This document shows positions 1 through 9,237 of a stretch of DNA of 41,208 bases, piece by piece. The DNA comes from Thiotrichales bacterium (lineage in GTDB: Bacteria > Pseudomonadota > Gammaproteobacteria > J044). Numbering within the stretch: position 1 is the stretch's first letter; every line of letters starts with the position of its first letter. The stretch is taken from positions 1-41,208 of the forward strand of contig JANTGN010000002.1 of the NCBI GenBank assembly GCA_024762895.1. The letters are read 5' to 3'. Below the pieces are notes generated by a model. It saw nothing but the letters and a program-made list of their open reading frames with translations. It was not told where the DNA came from and searched no databases. A program made the translations under genes and the position numbers.

Positions 1-2
1 GC

Positions 3-440
3 CCTGATTGTGTCAACACCGACGGAAATCTCAATAGAAAGGTTTTAAGGGAGCGAATTTTTTCAAATCCGGATGACAAGACCTTTTTAGAGCAGCTTTT
101 ACATCCCAGGGTGCGCCAGCAGCTAATACAGGCCAAAAATCACTTCACCTCACCCTATGGCTTACTGGTCATCCCTTTGCTTGTCGAGGCAGGACTGCAG
201 GACCTGGTTGATCGGGTTCTGGTCGTTCACGTACCAAAACCGATCCAGATTGAACGAATCATGCGCAGAGACCATATCACTCATGCACAGGCCGAACAGG
301 CCATCAGCAGCCAGGTTTCGGCCAATGAACGCTTACAGCATGCAGACGATGTGATTGATAACACTGCGAATGAAGATGAACTCAGGCATAATGTAAAACA
401 ATTACATCAACACTATCTCAAGCTTGCACAGGCCCAATAA
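3..440 (+). CDS. coaE: dephospho-CoA kinase, C-terminal part (5' end outside window)
   Basis: Frame 3 is open from base 3 to the TAA at 438-440. The translation ...NRKVLRERIFSNPDDKTFLEQLLHPRVRQQL...VLVVHVPKPIQIERIMRRD... looks like the CoaE C-terminal half. It is followed by zapD, as in the E. coli coaE-zapD arrangement. Confidence 0.85.
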   Translation, partial: PDCVNTDGNLNRKVLRERIFSNPDDKTFLEQLLHPRVRQQLIQAKNHFTSPYGLLVIPLLVEAGLQDLVDRVLVVHVPKPIQIERIMRRDHITHAQAEQAISSQVSANERLQHADDVIDNTANEDELRHNVKQLHQHYLKLAQAQ

Positions 441-498
441 TTGCCTGAGGGGCCGCAGATTGGCAGAATAAGCGTTTACACCAGAAAAACAGAAGAAC

Positions 499-1269
499 GT
501 GCCCGGTCAAATTTTATACGAACAGCCCCTGAATGAGCGCATGAGAACCTTCCTGCGCCTGGAGCATCTTATGGGGCGTCTGAACTACCAGCTGACTGGA
601 GAGGATACCCTTGCGAGCCAGGGTGCAGTGAATACCCTGATTGAGCTATTCAGCCTCTCTATGCGTGGAGATCTGAAGAGCGAGTTAATGAAGGAACTCG
701 AACGACAGATTTCCAACCTGAATCGCCTGGAACACGACCCAGAGGTGGACCAGTCACGACTTGCCTCGGTGATTGAAAAGCAACGCCACCTTATTTCCAG
801 GCTCCACAGCATGAGCGGCCAGCTGGGACAGGAACTCAAGGAAAATGATTTCCTGAATTCCATCCGCCAGAGAAGCGCCGTTCCCGGTGGAACCTGTGAC
901 TTTGATCTGCCCGCCTTTCATTACTGGCTGAACCGGCCGGTTGAAGAGAGACATGATCAGATACGAAGCTGGAGCCAGCCCTTTATTCAGGTTGAAGAGG
1001 CCATTGGGCAGATCCTGGAGCTGATACGTGATAGCGCCATACCGGAACTCAAGATTGCCGATAATGGTTTTTATCAACAGACCCTTGATCCTAACCGCCC
1101 CTACCAGTTAATCAGAATCCTGTTACCTCAGGACTGCAGCTTTTTCCCGGAAATCAGTGCCGGCAAACACCGATTCTCAGTTCGTTTTCTGGAGTTGGGC
1201 AATCTGGATGAAAGGCCTGCACAGGTCTCGGACACGATTGAGTTCCTGCTGGCCTGCGGCACCCTTTGA
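499..1269 (+). CDS. zapD: cell division protein ZapD (YacF family)
   Basis: 256 aa with a GTG start. ILYEQPLNERMRTFLRLEHL, PGGTCDFDLPAFHYWLN, GFYQQ, ISAGKHRFSVRFLEL and EFLLACG all parallel E. coli ZapD as I recall it. Confidence 0.9.
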   Translation: MPGQILYEQPLNERMRTFLRLEHLMGRLNYQLTGEDTLASQGAVNTLIELFSLSMRGDLKSELMKELERQISNLNRLEHDPEVDQSRLASVIEKQRHLISRLHSMSGQLGQELKENDFLNSIRQRSAVPGGTCDFDLPAFHYWLNRPVEERHDQIRSWSQPFIQVEEAIGQILELIRDSAIPELKIADNGFYQQTLDPNRPYQLIRILLPQDCSFFPEISAGKHRFSVRFLELGNLDERPAQVSDTIEFLLACGTL

Positions 1270-1279
1270 TCGAATTGAT

Positions 1280-1729
1280 TTATTTACCTACCACGCTCAG
1301 TGGATAAACCAGGCGATAATTTCTCCCTTCATCCTGAACCACCAGAGAAACCAGCCAGTCCCGACGCCCCGTCGAACAAACCGGGATCATTACATCGCTC
1401 TCCCAGCCACCATCTTTCATAGGCTTCAATTTAAAACGATTAATACCCATATCCATGTCCTTCATCTCCAGATAAAGGACCGCCGAATCAATAGACGCCC
1501 TGGTTTGTAAACGCGTCTTTAATAAGGTTAAGGGCTTAACGGGTCGATCAATATCCAGTCGATAACCCTTAATCTCGCAGGACTGCCCGGCCAGGTCACA
1601 ACCCTCAACGGTCCCGATGAGTTCTGATTGGCTCAGGTCGGGGGTCAGCTCTGGCGGCTTTATCCTGCTGAGGCCAAAACCAACCAGAATAAAAACTACC
1701 AGAACCACCAGCCACCAGAGATGCTTCAT
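1280..1729 (-). CDS. hypothetical membrane-anchored periplasmic protein (possibly YtkA/FixH-like fold)
   Basis: 149 aa. It has an N-terminal hydrophobic anchor (WWLVVLVVFILVGFGL) followed by a beta-rich soluble domain with an MKDMDMG motif and three Cys. Its ATG overlaps the stop of the upstream Nudix gene (ATGA, 1726-1729). I did not recognise a family with confidence. Confidence 0.6.
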   Translation of the reverse strand: MKHLWWLVVLVVFILVGFGLSRIKPPELTPDLSQSELIGTVEGCDLAGQSCEIKGYRLDIDRPVKPLTLLKTRLQTRASIDSAVLYLEMKDMDMGINRFKLKPMKDGGWESDVMIPVCSTGRRDWLVSLVVQDEGRNYRLVYPLSVVGK

Positions 1730-2697
1730 ATCCTTGTATCACTCCAGAGACCACGTATGGCGGCAATACCCTGAGCACCCTGGGCCTGCGCCGTCGTTAA
1801 ATCTTCAGACAATAGCCCACCTAAGGCATACACCGGCATACAGGCCTGTTCAGTCAGTAATTGAAATCTGTCCCATCCCAGTGGCCTGGCACCGGGATGA
1901 CTCAGTGTGTGCTGAACGGGTGAGAGCAGTATAAAGTCCACGCCCAGTCGATTGGCCTGCTGGATCTCCTTTAAATTATGACAGGACGCAGACAGCAGGC
2001 CCGGCCTGGGAGGACGTTCGGACATACTCATCAATTGAGCGCTGGCAAGATGATAGCCCACGTCATGACCAACGGGTTCAAGGTGGTGACCACCACGGAG
2101 CATTAATTGAACATTGTACGAGGCCGCGAGTTCCGATATCGCCCTGGCCATCTGCTGATATTTCTGAGGGTCGAGGCTTTTAGCCCTAAATAACAATAAC
2201 TTGATGACTCCACGCCGCAGGACGGCCTCAAGCTCTGACAGGAACTGCTTATGATGGGTTGGCTCAGGGGTGATCAGTAACTGACCAGGGAGATTTAAAG
2301 CACGAATAATGGGCCGATTGGCATCAGGAAAATTCAGTCCTTCCAGCTCATCAGCCGCCACCCAGGACATAGGTTGCATTTCACGCGGGTGCGGAGTCCC
2401 GGTAAACTGGCTGACTCGCCAGACATCCAGCAGGACGTGGCGGTCATGATATTCCCAGGGAATCCGGATGAGGGGAGCGATGACTTGCGGTATGATGCCC
2501 AGCTCTTCATCAAGCTCTCTGGCCAGGGCCTCCTGAACGGATTCCCCCGCCTCCACCTTTCCGCCCGGAAACTCCCATTTCCCTCCCTGGTGAAGATCAT
2601 CAGCTCGGCGCGTTATCAGTACGCGCCCTTCCTGCTGAATAACCCCCACTGCTACATGCAGTGGCTGACGGACTCTATCAGGTTCGGTACTCGGCAT
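1726..2697 (-). CDS. Nudix (MutT-like) hydrolase fused to a TenI/ThiE-like thiamine-phosphate-synthase-fold domain
   Basis: The Nudix box GGKVEAGESVQEALARELDEELGI lies in the N-terminal half. The C-terminal half (SCHNLKEIQQANRLGVDFILLSPV...VYALGGL) resembles the TMP-TENI fold. The ATG at 2697 is preferred over the TTG at 2715 given in the ORF track. It overlaps the argJ 3' end by 20 nt. Confidence 0.85.
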   Translation of the reverse strand: MPSTEPDRVRQPLHVAVGVIQQEGRVLITRRADDLHQGGKWEFPGGKVEAGESVQEALARELDEELGIIPQVIAPLIRIPWEYHDRHVLLDVWRVSQFTGTPHPREMQPMSWVAADELEGLNFPDANRPIIRALNLPGQLLITPEPTHHKQFLSELEAVLRRGVIKLLLFRAKSLDPQKYQQMARAISELAASYNVQLMLRGGHHLEPVGHDVGYHLASAQLMSMSERPPRPGLLSASCHNLKEIQQANRLGVDFILLSPVQHTLSHPGARPLGWDRFQLLTEQACMPVYALGGLLSEDLTTAQAQGAQGIAAIRGLWSDTRI

Positions 2698-3889
2698 TGA
2701 TTTTGACGTAATCAAACGATAAATCAGAAGTCCATATCACAGAATCAACATCCCCTCGACCCAGGGTGATTGAAATGACGATCTCATCCTGATCCATCAC
2801 CGCCTGCCCCTGTGCCTCGGTATAAGAAGCAGCTCGAGCCCCATTTTCAACGATGCGCACATCACCGAGATCGATATGTACACGATCGACATCCATATTT
2901 GCGATTCCCGAACGGCCAACCGCAGCCAGGATACGCCCCCAGTTAGGGTCACTGGCGAACAAGGCCGTCTTGACCAGGGGAGAATGGGCAACCGTATAGG
3001 CCACCGACAGGGCCTCCTGTTCGTTGGCTGCCTCATTGACCCTAATCTCGACAAACTTGGTCGCGCCCTCACCGTCTCGAATAAGGGCCTGCGCCAGATG
3101 ACGATAGACGCTATCTAAAGCGGCCTGAAACAATAACTGATCTTGCTCATGAGCAAATCCAATGCCTGACTGCCCACTGGCCATCAGGACACAGGCATCA
3201 TTGGTTGAGGTATCTCCATCAACCGTCACCCGGTTGAATGATTGCTCAACAGCCTGGGCGTGCATCTGCTTAATCTGATCCGCATCGATGACAACATCCG
3301 TTGCAATAAAGGCCAGCATGGTGGCCATGTCTGGCCGGATCATTCCTGCCCCTTTGGCCATACCGGTAATCACTACCTCGCCGCCAGACAATGTCACCTT
3401 TTCTGACAGGGCCTTGGGTAGAGTGTCCGTGGTCATGATGGCCTCAGCAGCGGATGACCAGGCTGAATCATCCAGACCTTTCAGCAGGCCAGGAATCGCT
3501 GCCTCAAAGGCTGTAACCGGTAAGGGTTCACCAATCACTCCTGTAGAGAAGGGTAAAACAGACACCATGTCGACATGGGCTTGTTCAGCCATCAAGGTAC
3601 ACACTGCCCTGGCATCATCGAAGCCAGCAGCCCCCGTACCTGCATTGGCATTACCTGAATTGATCAGTAGATAGCGGGCTGAGGCCTGAGCCAGATGCTG
3701 ACGTGCAACAACGACAGGGGCCGCACAAAAGGCATTACGCGTAAAGACCGCGGCTACAGTACTGTCCTCATGAAGCTCTATCAGGGCCAGGTCATCTCGT
3801 CCCTGATAGCGTATACCCGCGGCACAGGCAGCAAGCCGAACACCCTTGACGGGTAACAGGTCATGGGGGCTCGAGAGTCCAACCGGCAT
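2678..3889 (-). CDS. argJ: bifunctional glutamate N-acetyltransferase / amino-acid acetyltransferase
   Basis: 403 aa. It carries the ArgJ hallmark KGAGMIRPDMATMLAFIATD (autoprocessing Thr site) and the conserved C-terminal DLSFDYVKINAEYRT. Its start overlaps the secA stop (TGATG). Confidence 0.93.
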   Translation of the reverse strand: MPVGLSSPHDLLPVKGVRLAACAAGIRYQGRDDLALIELHEDSTVAAVFTRNAFCAAPVVVARQHLAQASARYLLINSGNANAGTGAAGFDDARAVCTLMAEQAHVDMVSVLPFSTGVIGEPLPVTAFEAAIPGLLKGLDDSAWSSAAEAIMTTDTLPKALSEKVTLSGGEVVITGMAKGAGMIRPDMATMLAFIATDVVIDADQIKQMHAQAVEQSFNRVTVDGDTSTNDACVLMASGQSGIGFAHEQDQLLFQAALDSVYRHLAQALIRDGEGATKFVEIRVNEAANEQEALSVAYTVAHSPLVKTALFASDPNWGRILAAVGRSGIANMDVDRVHIDLGDVRIVENGARAASYTEAQGQAVMDQDEIVISITLGRGDVDSVIWTSDLSFDYVKINAEYRT

Positions 3890-6600
3890 CAGCTCAGCTT
3901 ACCGTGACACTGCTTATATTTTTTCCCTGATCCACACCAGCAAGGATCGTTGCGGCCAATCTTTTCACCCTCACGGCGGTAAGGTTGTTGCACCGCGTCC
4001 TCGGGCACAGCAGACTCCGCCTCGGGCTGGAGGGCACTCTGGGCCTCAGCATGCTGAAACTCCATCGGGGGCTGCTGCTGTAACTGAGCCTCCATCATAT
4101 TCACATCTTCCGGGCTACGTACCCTGATACGCATCAGTGTGGATGCTACTTCATGTTTGACCTTTTCCAGCAATTCTTCAAAACGCGCAAAGGCCTCACG
4201 CTTGTATTCCTGCTTGGGGTTCTTCTGCGCATAGCCACGCAGACCTATGCCCTGACGCAGATAATCCATCTCGGACAAATGCTCCTTCCACTCCGTATCA
4301 AGCACCTGCAACATGACGTCTTTTTCGATATGGCGCATTAACTCGGAACCAAATTCCTCTTCCTTGGCCTTTGCAGCCGCATCAACTTCAGCAATGATTT
4401 TCTGACGAAGGGCCTCCTCATCCATATGATCATCGGCATCCAGCCAACCCTGGATATCCAAACGTAGCCCCAGGTCGGCCTCGATTGCATCCGTCAACCT
4501 TGCAATATCCCATTGCTCATCAAGACTGCCCGGTGGTACATACTGATCGATCAGGGATTCCGTAACATCCTGACGGATGGATTCGACCATTTCCTGAATC
4601 TCTTCCGCCTCCAGCAGTTCACGACGCTGTTCGTAAATCACCTTGCGTTGATCATTGGCCACATCATCATATTCGAGCAGGTTCTTACGAATATCGAAGT
4701 TATGACCTTCAACCTTTCTCTGGGCATTTTCAATCGCTCGTGACACGAGGGCATTTTCGATGGCCTCACCTTCCTGCATGCCCAGTTTCTGCATCATGCC
4801 CTTGAAGCGATCAGAGGCAAAGATACGCATCAGGTTATCTTCAAGTGACAGATAGAACCTGGAAGAACCGGCATCTCCCTGACGACCTGCACGTCCGCGT
4901 AGCTGATTATCGATACGCCTTGACTCATGCCGCTCAGTACCAATGATATGCAGACCACCTGATTCGAGGACGCTGTTATGCCTTTTCTGCCATTCAGACT
5001 TAACCGCTTCAACCTTGGCTGGATCGGGGTTTTCGCCCAGGGCTGCAATCTCTGCATTCAGATTGCCACCCAGTACGATATCCGTTCCGCGACCCGCCAT
5101 ATTGGTTGCAATGGTGACGGCCCCGGGACGACCCGCACCTTCGATGATATTCGCCTCACGCTCATGCTGTTTGGCGTTGAGCACCTCGTGATGAATCTTG
5201 TCCTTTTTTAACAGAGAAGACAGATACTCAGAGACCTCGATAGAGGCGGTACCCACCAGAACAGGACGTCCTTTCTCGACACAATATTTGATGTCTTCGA
5301 TGATGGCATTGAACTTCTCTCGTGCCGACAGATAGATCACATCATTGAAATCGTCCCTGGCCATATCACGGTTGGTAGGAATAACAACCACTTCCAGACC
5401 ATAGATCTGCTGGAATTCGAAGGCCTCGGTATCCGCCGTTCCCGTCATGCCGGAAAGCTTTTCATACAACCTGAAGTAATTCTGAAATGTAATCGAGGCG
5501 AGGGTCTGGTTCTCATTTTGAATCTCGACCCCTTCCTTGGCTTCCATAGCCTGATGCAGTCCATCCGACCAGCGTCGGCCGGGCATCGTTCGACCAGTAA
5601 ATTCATCGACAATAATCACCTGATTGTCCTGGACGATGTAATCCACATCTTTCTGAAACAGGGTATTAGCCCTTAACGCGGCATTCATATGATGGATCAG
5701 GCCAATGTTCTGGGCATCATAGAGACTTTCATCTTCCGGTAAGATGCCATCTCTATGCAGCAGGTCTTCCATATGCAGCTGACCATCCTCGGTGAGGAAC
5801 ACCTGCTTGTTTTTCTCATCCAGGGTGTAATCACCGGGACCATCCTCTTCTTCCTGGGGCACCAGATTCTTGACCAGTTTATTAAAGCGGATGTAGTTCT
5901 CGGAGTTATCGTTAGTGGGTCCAGAGATAATCAGGGGCGTACGTGCCTCATCGATGAGAATAGAATCGACCTCATCCACAATGGCGAAATTCAATTCTCG
6001 CTGGACACGCTCATCTTTATTAAAGGCCATGTTATCGCGCAGATAATCAAAGCCAAATTCGTTGTTGGTTCCATAGGTAATATCAGCAGCATAGGCTTCT
6101 CGGCGTTCCCTGGCATCGAGACCTCCCACAATGACCCCGGTACTTAGACCCAGGAAGCCATAAAGCTGTCCCATCCAGGCTGCATCGCGCTGTGCAAGGT
6201 AATCGTTCACCGTAATGACATGCACGCCTTTACCCGATAACGCATTCAGGTAGGCCGCCAAGGTGGCAACCAGCGTCTTACCTTCACCGGTACGCATCTC
6301 TGCAATCTTGCCGTCATTGAGCACCATACCGCCAATGAGCTGGACATCGAAATGACGCATGCCCAGTACGCGTTTTCCCGCTTCTCGAACTACTGCAAAG
6401 GCCTCTGGAAGGATTTTGTCCAGACTCTCACCATCTTCTAATCTTTGACGAAATTCAGATGTTTTATTTTTCAGCTCATCATCACTGAGGCTGCTGATGG
6501 ATTCTTCCAGGGCACTAATTTGTGTTACCTGTTTCCGGTACTGCTTGACCAGACGGTCATTTCGGCTACCGAAAATCTTCTTGACGAGTCTGCTTACCAT
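3889..6600 (-). CDS. secA: preprotein translocase ATPase SecA
   Basis: The start was trimmed to the ATG at 6600 ([16 protein letters not shown]...), which has AGGAA 8 nt upstream. DEAD-like motor motifs are present ([32 protein letters not shown]). The C-terminal zinc motif is [14 protein letters not shown]. Confidence 0.97.
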   Translation of the reverse strand: MVSRLVKKIFGSRNDRLVKQYRKQVTQISALEESISSLSDDELKNKTSEFRQRLEDGESLDKILPEAFAVVREAGKRVLGMRHFDVQLIGGMVLNDGKIAEMRTGEGKTLVATLAAYLNALSGKGVHVITVNDYLAQRDAAWMGQLYGFLGLSTGVIVGGLDARERREAYAADITYGTNNEFGFDYLRDNMAFNKDERVQRELNFAIVDEVDSILIDEARTPLIISGPTNDNSENYIRFNKLVKNLVPQEEEDGPGDYTLDEKNKQVFLTEDGQLHMEDLLHRDGILPEDESLYDAQNIGLIHHMNAALRANTLFQKDVDYIVQDNQVIIVDEFTGRTMPGRRWSDGLHQAMEAKEGVEIQNENQTLASITFQNYFRLYEKLSGMTGTADTEAFEFQQIYGLEVVVIPTNRDMARDDFNDVIYLSAREKFNAIIEDIKYCVEKGRPVLVGTASIEVSEYLSSLLKKDKIHHEVLNAKQHEREANIIEGAGRPGAVTIATNMAGRGTDIVLGGNLNAEIAALGENPDPAKVEAVKSEWQKRHNSVLESGGLHIIGTERHESRRIDNQLRGRAGRQGDAGSSRFYLSLEDNLMRIFASDRFKGMMQKLGMQEGEAIENALVSRAIENAQRKVEGHNFDIRKNLLEYDDVANDQRKVIYEQRRELLEAEEIQEMVESIRQDVTESLIDQYVPPGSLDEQWDIARLTDAIEADLGLRLDIQGWLDADDHMDEEALRQKIIAEVDAAAKAKEEEFGSELMRHIEKDVMLQVLDTEWKEHLSEMDYLRQGIGLRGYAQKNPKQEYKREAFARFEELLEKVKHEVASTLMRIRVRSPEDVNMMEAQLQQQPPMEFQHAEAQSALQPEAESAVPEDAVQQPYRREGEKIGRNDPCWCGSGKKYKQCHGKLS

Positions 6601-6701
6601 GAAGGGGTTCCTAAGAGGATATACCAGCAAAATAAAGGCGTAAAATCATACCTTATTTTGTGTCAAAATGTGGGAATACAAGGCCTTAAGCCGCTTGTTT
6701 A

Positions 6702-7619
6702 TTAGCGCGAGGCCCGGATGAATTTGTTTGGATTGACGTGTCTGCCCTGCTTGAGAACTTCAAAGTGGACATGGGGTCCGGTAGAACGTCCCGTACTCCC
6801 CATTTTCATGATTTCCTGACCCTGTTTTACGGTGTCTCCCACCTCTACCAGGACCTCAGCACCATGACCATAACGTGTGACAATTCCATTGCCATGGTTG
6901 ACCTCGACCATGTTGCCATAGCCATAGCGTTTACCAGCCCAGGTAATCAGACCGCCGGCAACTGCCACCACGGGTGAACCCTTTTTACCAGCGAAGTCCA
7001 TGCCACGATGAAATTCCGGCTTGCCCGTAAAGGGGTCTGTTCTCATTCCATAATAAGATGATGTCCAGCCCTTGGTAATCGGCCTACCCGCTGGCTGAAC
7101 CTCTTTATGCAGTTTATGGCTCAATATAACCTGATCCAGTACCTGCAACTGCTCATCCCGATTTTCTATTTGACGCGCAAGATCTTCAATAATGTGAACC
7201 AGATCACTATCTGAATGACTATGAACTTCGGTACTCTCATTAGGTCCACCGACCGCGGGGGGATGATTAAAATCAAATTCCGTGCCATCAATACCGGCCA
7301 TTTTGACCAATTTATTACCCAGCGCATCAAGACGAGTGATATGACCCTGCAACTCTCCCACTCGGCGTGTCAGGGCGTCGAGATCTGACTGAACCCGCAT
7401 CTTGGCAGACTCAATCTGTTGTTTTTGAAGTAAAAGTTCCTGCTGCCAGTCATCCATCAGTGGCTCAGGGTGCCGGTGAGCACCGAGGTAAAACCCTAGT
7501 CCAAGCAGGCTACCGATTAATGAAACCATCAACCCCGCAGGCAAGACCACATGATACCAGCGCGTAAACTGTATACTGCGCGTGCATGAGCCATTTTTGC
7601 TAAATAGAATTATGTTCAT
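6702..7619 (-). CDS. M23 family metallopeptidase with N-terminal TM and coiled-coil region
   Basis: HRGMDFAG and GSTGRSTGPHVHFEV are the M23 HxxxD/HxH motifs. There is one TM segment (VVLPAGLMVSLIGSLLGLGFYLG) and a Q/L-rich coiled-coil segment. The ATG at 7619 is preferred over the TTG at 7679. No clear SD was seen. Confidence 0.85.
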   Translation of the reverse strand: MNIILFSKNGSCTRSIQFTRWYHVVLPAGLMVSLIGSLLGLGFYLGAHRHPEPLMDDWQQELLLQKQQIESAKMRVQSDLDALTRRVGELQGHITRLDALGNKLVKMAGIDGTEFDFNHPPAVGGPNESTEVHSHSDSDLVHIIEDLARQIENRDEQLQVLDQVILSHKLHKEVQPAGRPITKGWTSSYYGMRTDPFTGKPEFHRGMDFAGKKGSPVVAVAGGLITWAGKRYGYGNMVEVNHGNGIVTRYGHGAEVLVEVGDTVKQGQEIMKMGSTGRSTGPHVHFEVLKQGRHVNPNKFIRASR

Positions 7620-7706
7620 TAATCGTAGATAACTGTTTGTTATGTGGTAATAATAGTCATACCAATCTCTGACTTGCAACCTGGACGAATGGCCTAGTCT
7701 TTAAAT

Positions 7707-8162
7707 ATGTCACGAAATAAATACGTCACGCCTCATCGCGCAAGTCAGTATCTTGCAGGGCAATGGGCGAATCAAGTACAGCAACTTCGCCTTCTGGATC
7801 ACAGCCTGAAGTTTTCATTACCCGAACCCTTAAGATCGCATTGCTGGCCTGCTGGTCTATCGGGCAATCAACTCACATTGATTACGGATAGTAGTACCTG
7901 GGCAACCCAGCTTCGTTACCAGCAGCAGCAAATCTTAAAACAGATCAACTCAGATCTGGGTCTTAAGCTGATTAAGCTACGAGTACGCATTTCATCTAGA
8001 CAGGTGTTTCGCAAAAAAACCTGGCCTGAACGCAAATTGTCCCAAAAGAGTGCAGAAATGATCCGTCAGGGTGCATTATCGGTTTCAGACCCAGAATTAA
8101 GGGCAGCTCTCAATAAACTGGCTGACACCGGCTCTAAAAGAAGGAAAAAACTTTCAGACTAA
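7707..8162 (+). CDS. dciA: DUF721 / DciA-like protein (putative replicative helicase operator)
   Basis: 151 aa. The core [36 protein letters not shown] fits my memory of the DUF721 pattern (a strand, then W-A-x-x-L-R). It sits next to lpxC and the M23 gene, as I recall for Pseudomonas-type genomes. It has a basic C-terminal tail and no SD upstream of the ATG. Confidence 0.6.
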   Translation: MSRNKYVTPHRASQYLAGQWANQVQQLRLLDHSLKFSLPEPLRSHCWPAGLSGNQLTLITDSSTWATQLRYQQQQILKQINSDLGLKLIKLRVRISSRQVFRKKTWPERKLSQKSAEMIRQGALSVSDPELRAALNKLADTGSKRRKKLSD

Positions 8163-9074
8163 ACCAAATGATGAGCGCGCATAGGAAATGGGCAGATCCA
8201 CATCATCTTCAAAAGTGACTTCTTCCCAGGCATTCTCCGTTGCCAGTAGCTTTCTTAGCAGGGCGTTATTCAGTGCATGTCCGGATTTATGCCCGGTGAA
8301 TGCACCGATTAAACTATGCCCAAGCAAGTACAGGTCTCCAATAGCATCGAGGATCTTATGCTTAACGAATTCATCTTCGTAACGCAGGCCATCTTCATTG
8401 AGCACACGATAGTCGTCCAATGCAATGGCATTATCCATGCTGGCACCCAGGGCCAGCTCACTCTTTCGTAAGCGCTCAACATCGCGAACAAAACCAAAGG
8501 TACGGGCACGACTCACCTCTTTCACGAATGAGGTGGTAGAGAAATCCAGTTCTGCGAACTGATTGTGCGTGGTAAATACCGGATGCTCAAAATCGATGGA
8601 AAAACCCACTTTAAAGCCGTCAAATGGTTCAAACTTCGCCCATTTGTCACCTTCTTCTACTTTGATGCCCTGTTTAATGCGAATAAATTTCTTTGGGGCT
8701 TCCTGCTCAACGATACCGGCAGACTGAATCAGGAATACGAAAGGTCCGGCACTGCCATCCATGATCGGGACCTCAGGCGCACTGATATCGACATAGACAT
8801 TGTCGATACCCAAACCGGCTATCGCCGACATCAGATGCTCTACCGTGGAGATACGTACATCCCCCTGAACCAGGGTGCTCGATAAGCTGGTATCGCCCAC
8901 ATTCTCAGGGGTCGCCTTGATTTCCACCGGATCATCCAGATCCACACGGCGAAATATCACTCCGGTATTTGCTGCAGCAGGTCGCAGAGTGAGGAAGATC
9001 TTCTTTCCTGTATGCAGCCCAACACCGGTGGCTCGAATCGAGTTCTTTAATGTACGTTGCCTGATCACAATCAT
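8154..9074 (-). CDS. lpxC: UDP-3-O-acyl-N-acetylglucosamine deacetylase
   Basis: The start was trimmed to the ATG at 9074 ([25 protein letters not shown]...), which parallels E. coli [21 protein letters not shown]. This gives 306 aa and the conserved HKSGHALNN. Confidence 0.95.
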   Translation of the reverse strand: MIVIRQRTLKNSIRATGVGLHTGKKIFLTLRPAAANTGVIFRRVDLDDPVEIKATPENVGDTSLSSTLVQGDVRISTVEHLMSAIAGLGIDNVYVDISAPEVPIMDGSAGPFVFLIQSAGIVEQEAPKKFIRIKQGIKVEEGDKWAKFEPFDGFKVGFSIDFEHPVFTTHNQFAELDFSTTSFVKEVSRARTFGFVRDVERLRKSELALGASMDNAIALDDYRVLNEDGLRYEDEFVKHKILDAIGDLYLLGHSLIGAFTGHKSGHALNNALLRKLLATENAWEEVTFEDDVDLPISYARSSFGLV

Positions 9075-9237
9075 AATCCTGTTAGATGACCACACCCATA
9101 AAGTTTACAGCAAGAAGCATACCAGCAATTAAAGGCCGTTAAATATACTCCAGCGACAAATCCGCACCATTATGGCACGTTTTTAGCGCATATCGCTACA
9201 TTTTGGGTGTGATTAACCTCCCGTTTCCCTAGTATGA

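Noticed and set aside
1157-1510. 117-aa plus-strand ORF
   Set aside because: It overlaps the zapD 3' end out of frame and is antisense to the membrane-anchored ORF. It has no motif support.
6601-6630. N-terminal extensions in the ORF track: secA to 6630, lpxC to 9095, ftsZ to 10422, M23 to 7679, HIT to 39937, degS from 38315, rsmI to 28855, Nudix to 2715
   Set aside because: The extensions begin at GTG/TTG or lack an SD, and they add residues absent from the well-known N-termini (for example MFE.. of FtsZ and MI.QRTLK of LpxC). Internal ATGs with better context were chosen. The rsmI and M23 starts remain uncertain.
6601-6701. Possible secM-like leader peptide or clear promoter upstream of secA
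   Set aside because: There is no ORF in the 101-nt spacer. A TTGACA hexamer is present, but no properly spaced -10 could be paired with it.
9096-9237. Possible lpxC promoter (TGCCATAAT extended -10-like) and a TAGCG-N5-CGCTA inverted repeat in the ftsZ-lpxC spacer
   Set aside because: The -35 is poor and the inverted repeat arms are only 5 bp. It is plausible but too weak to report as a feature.
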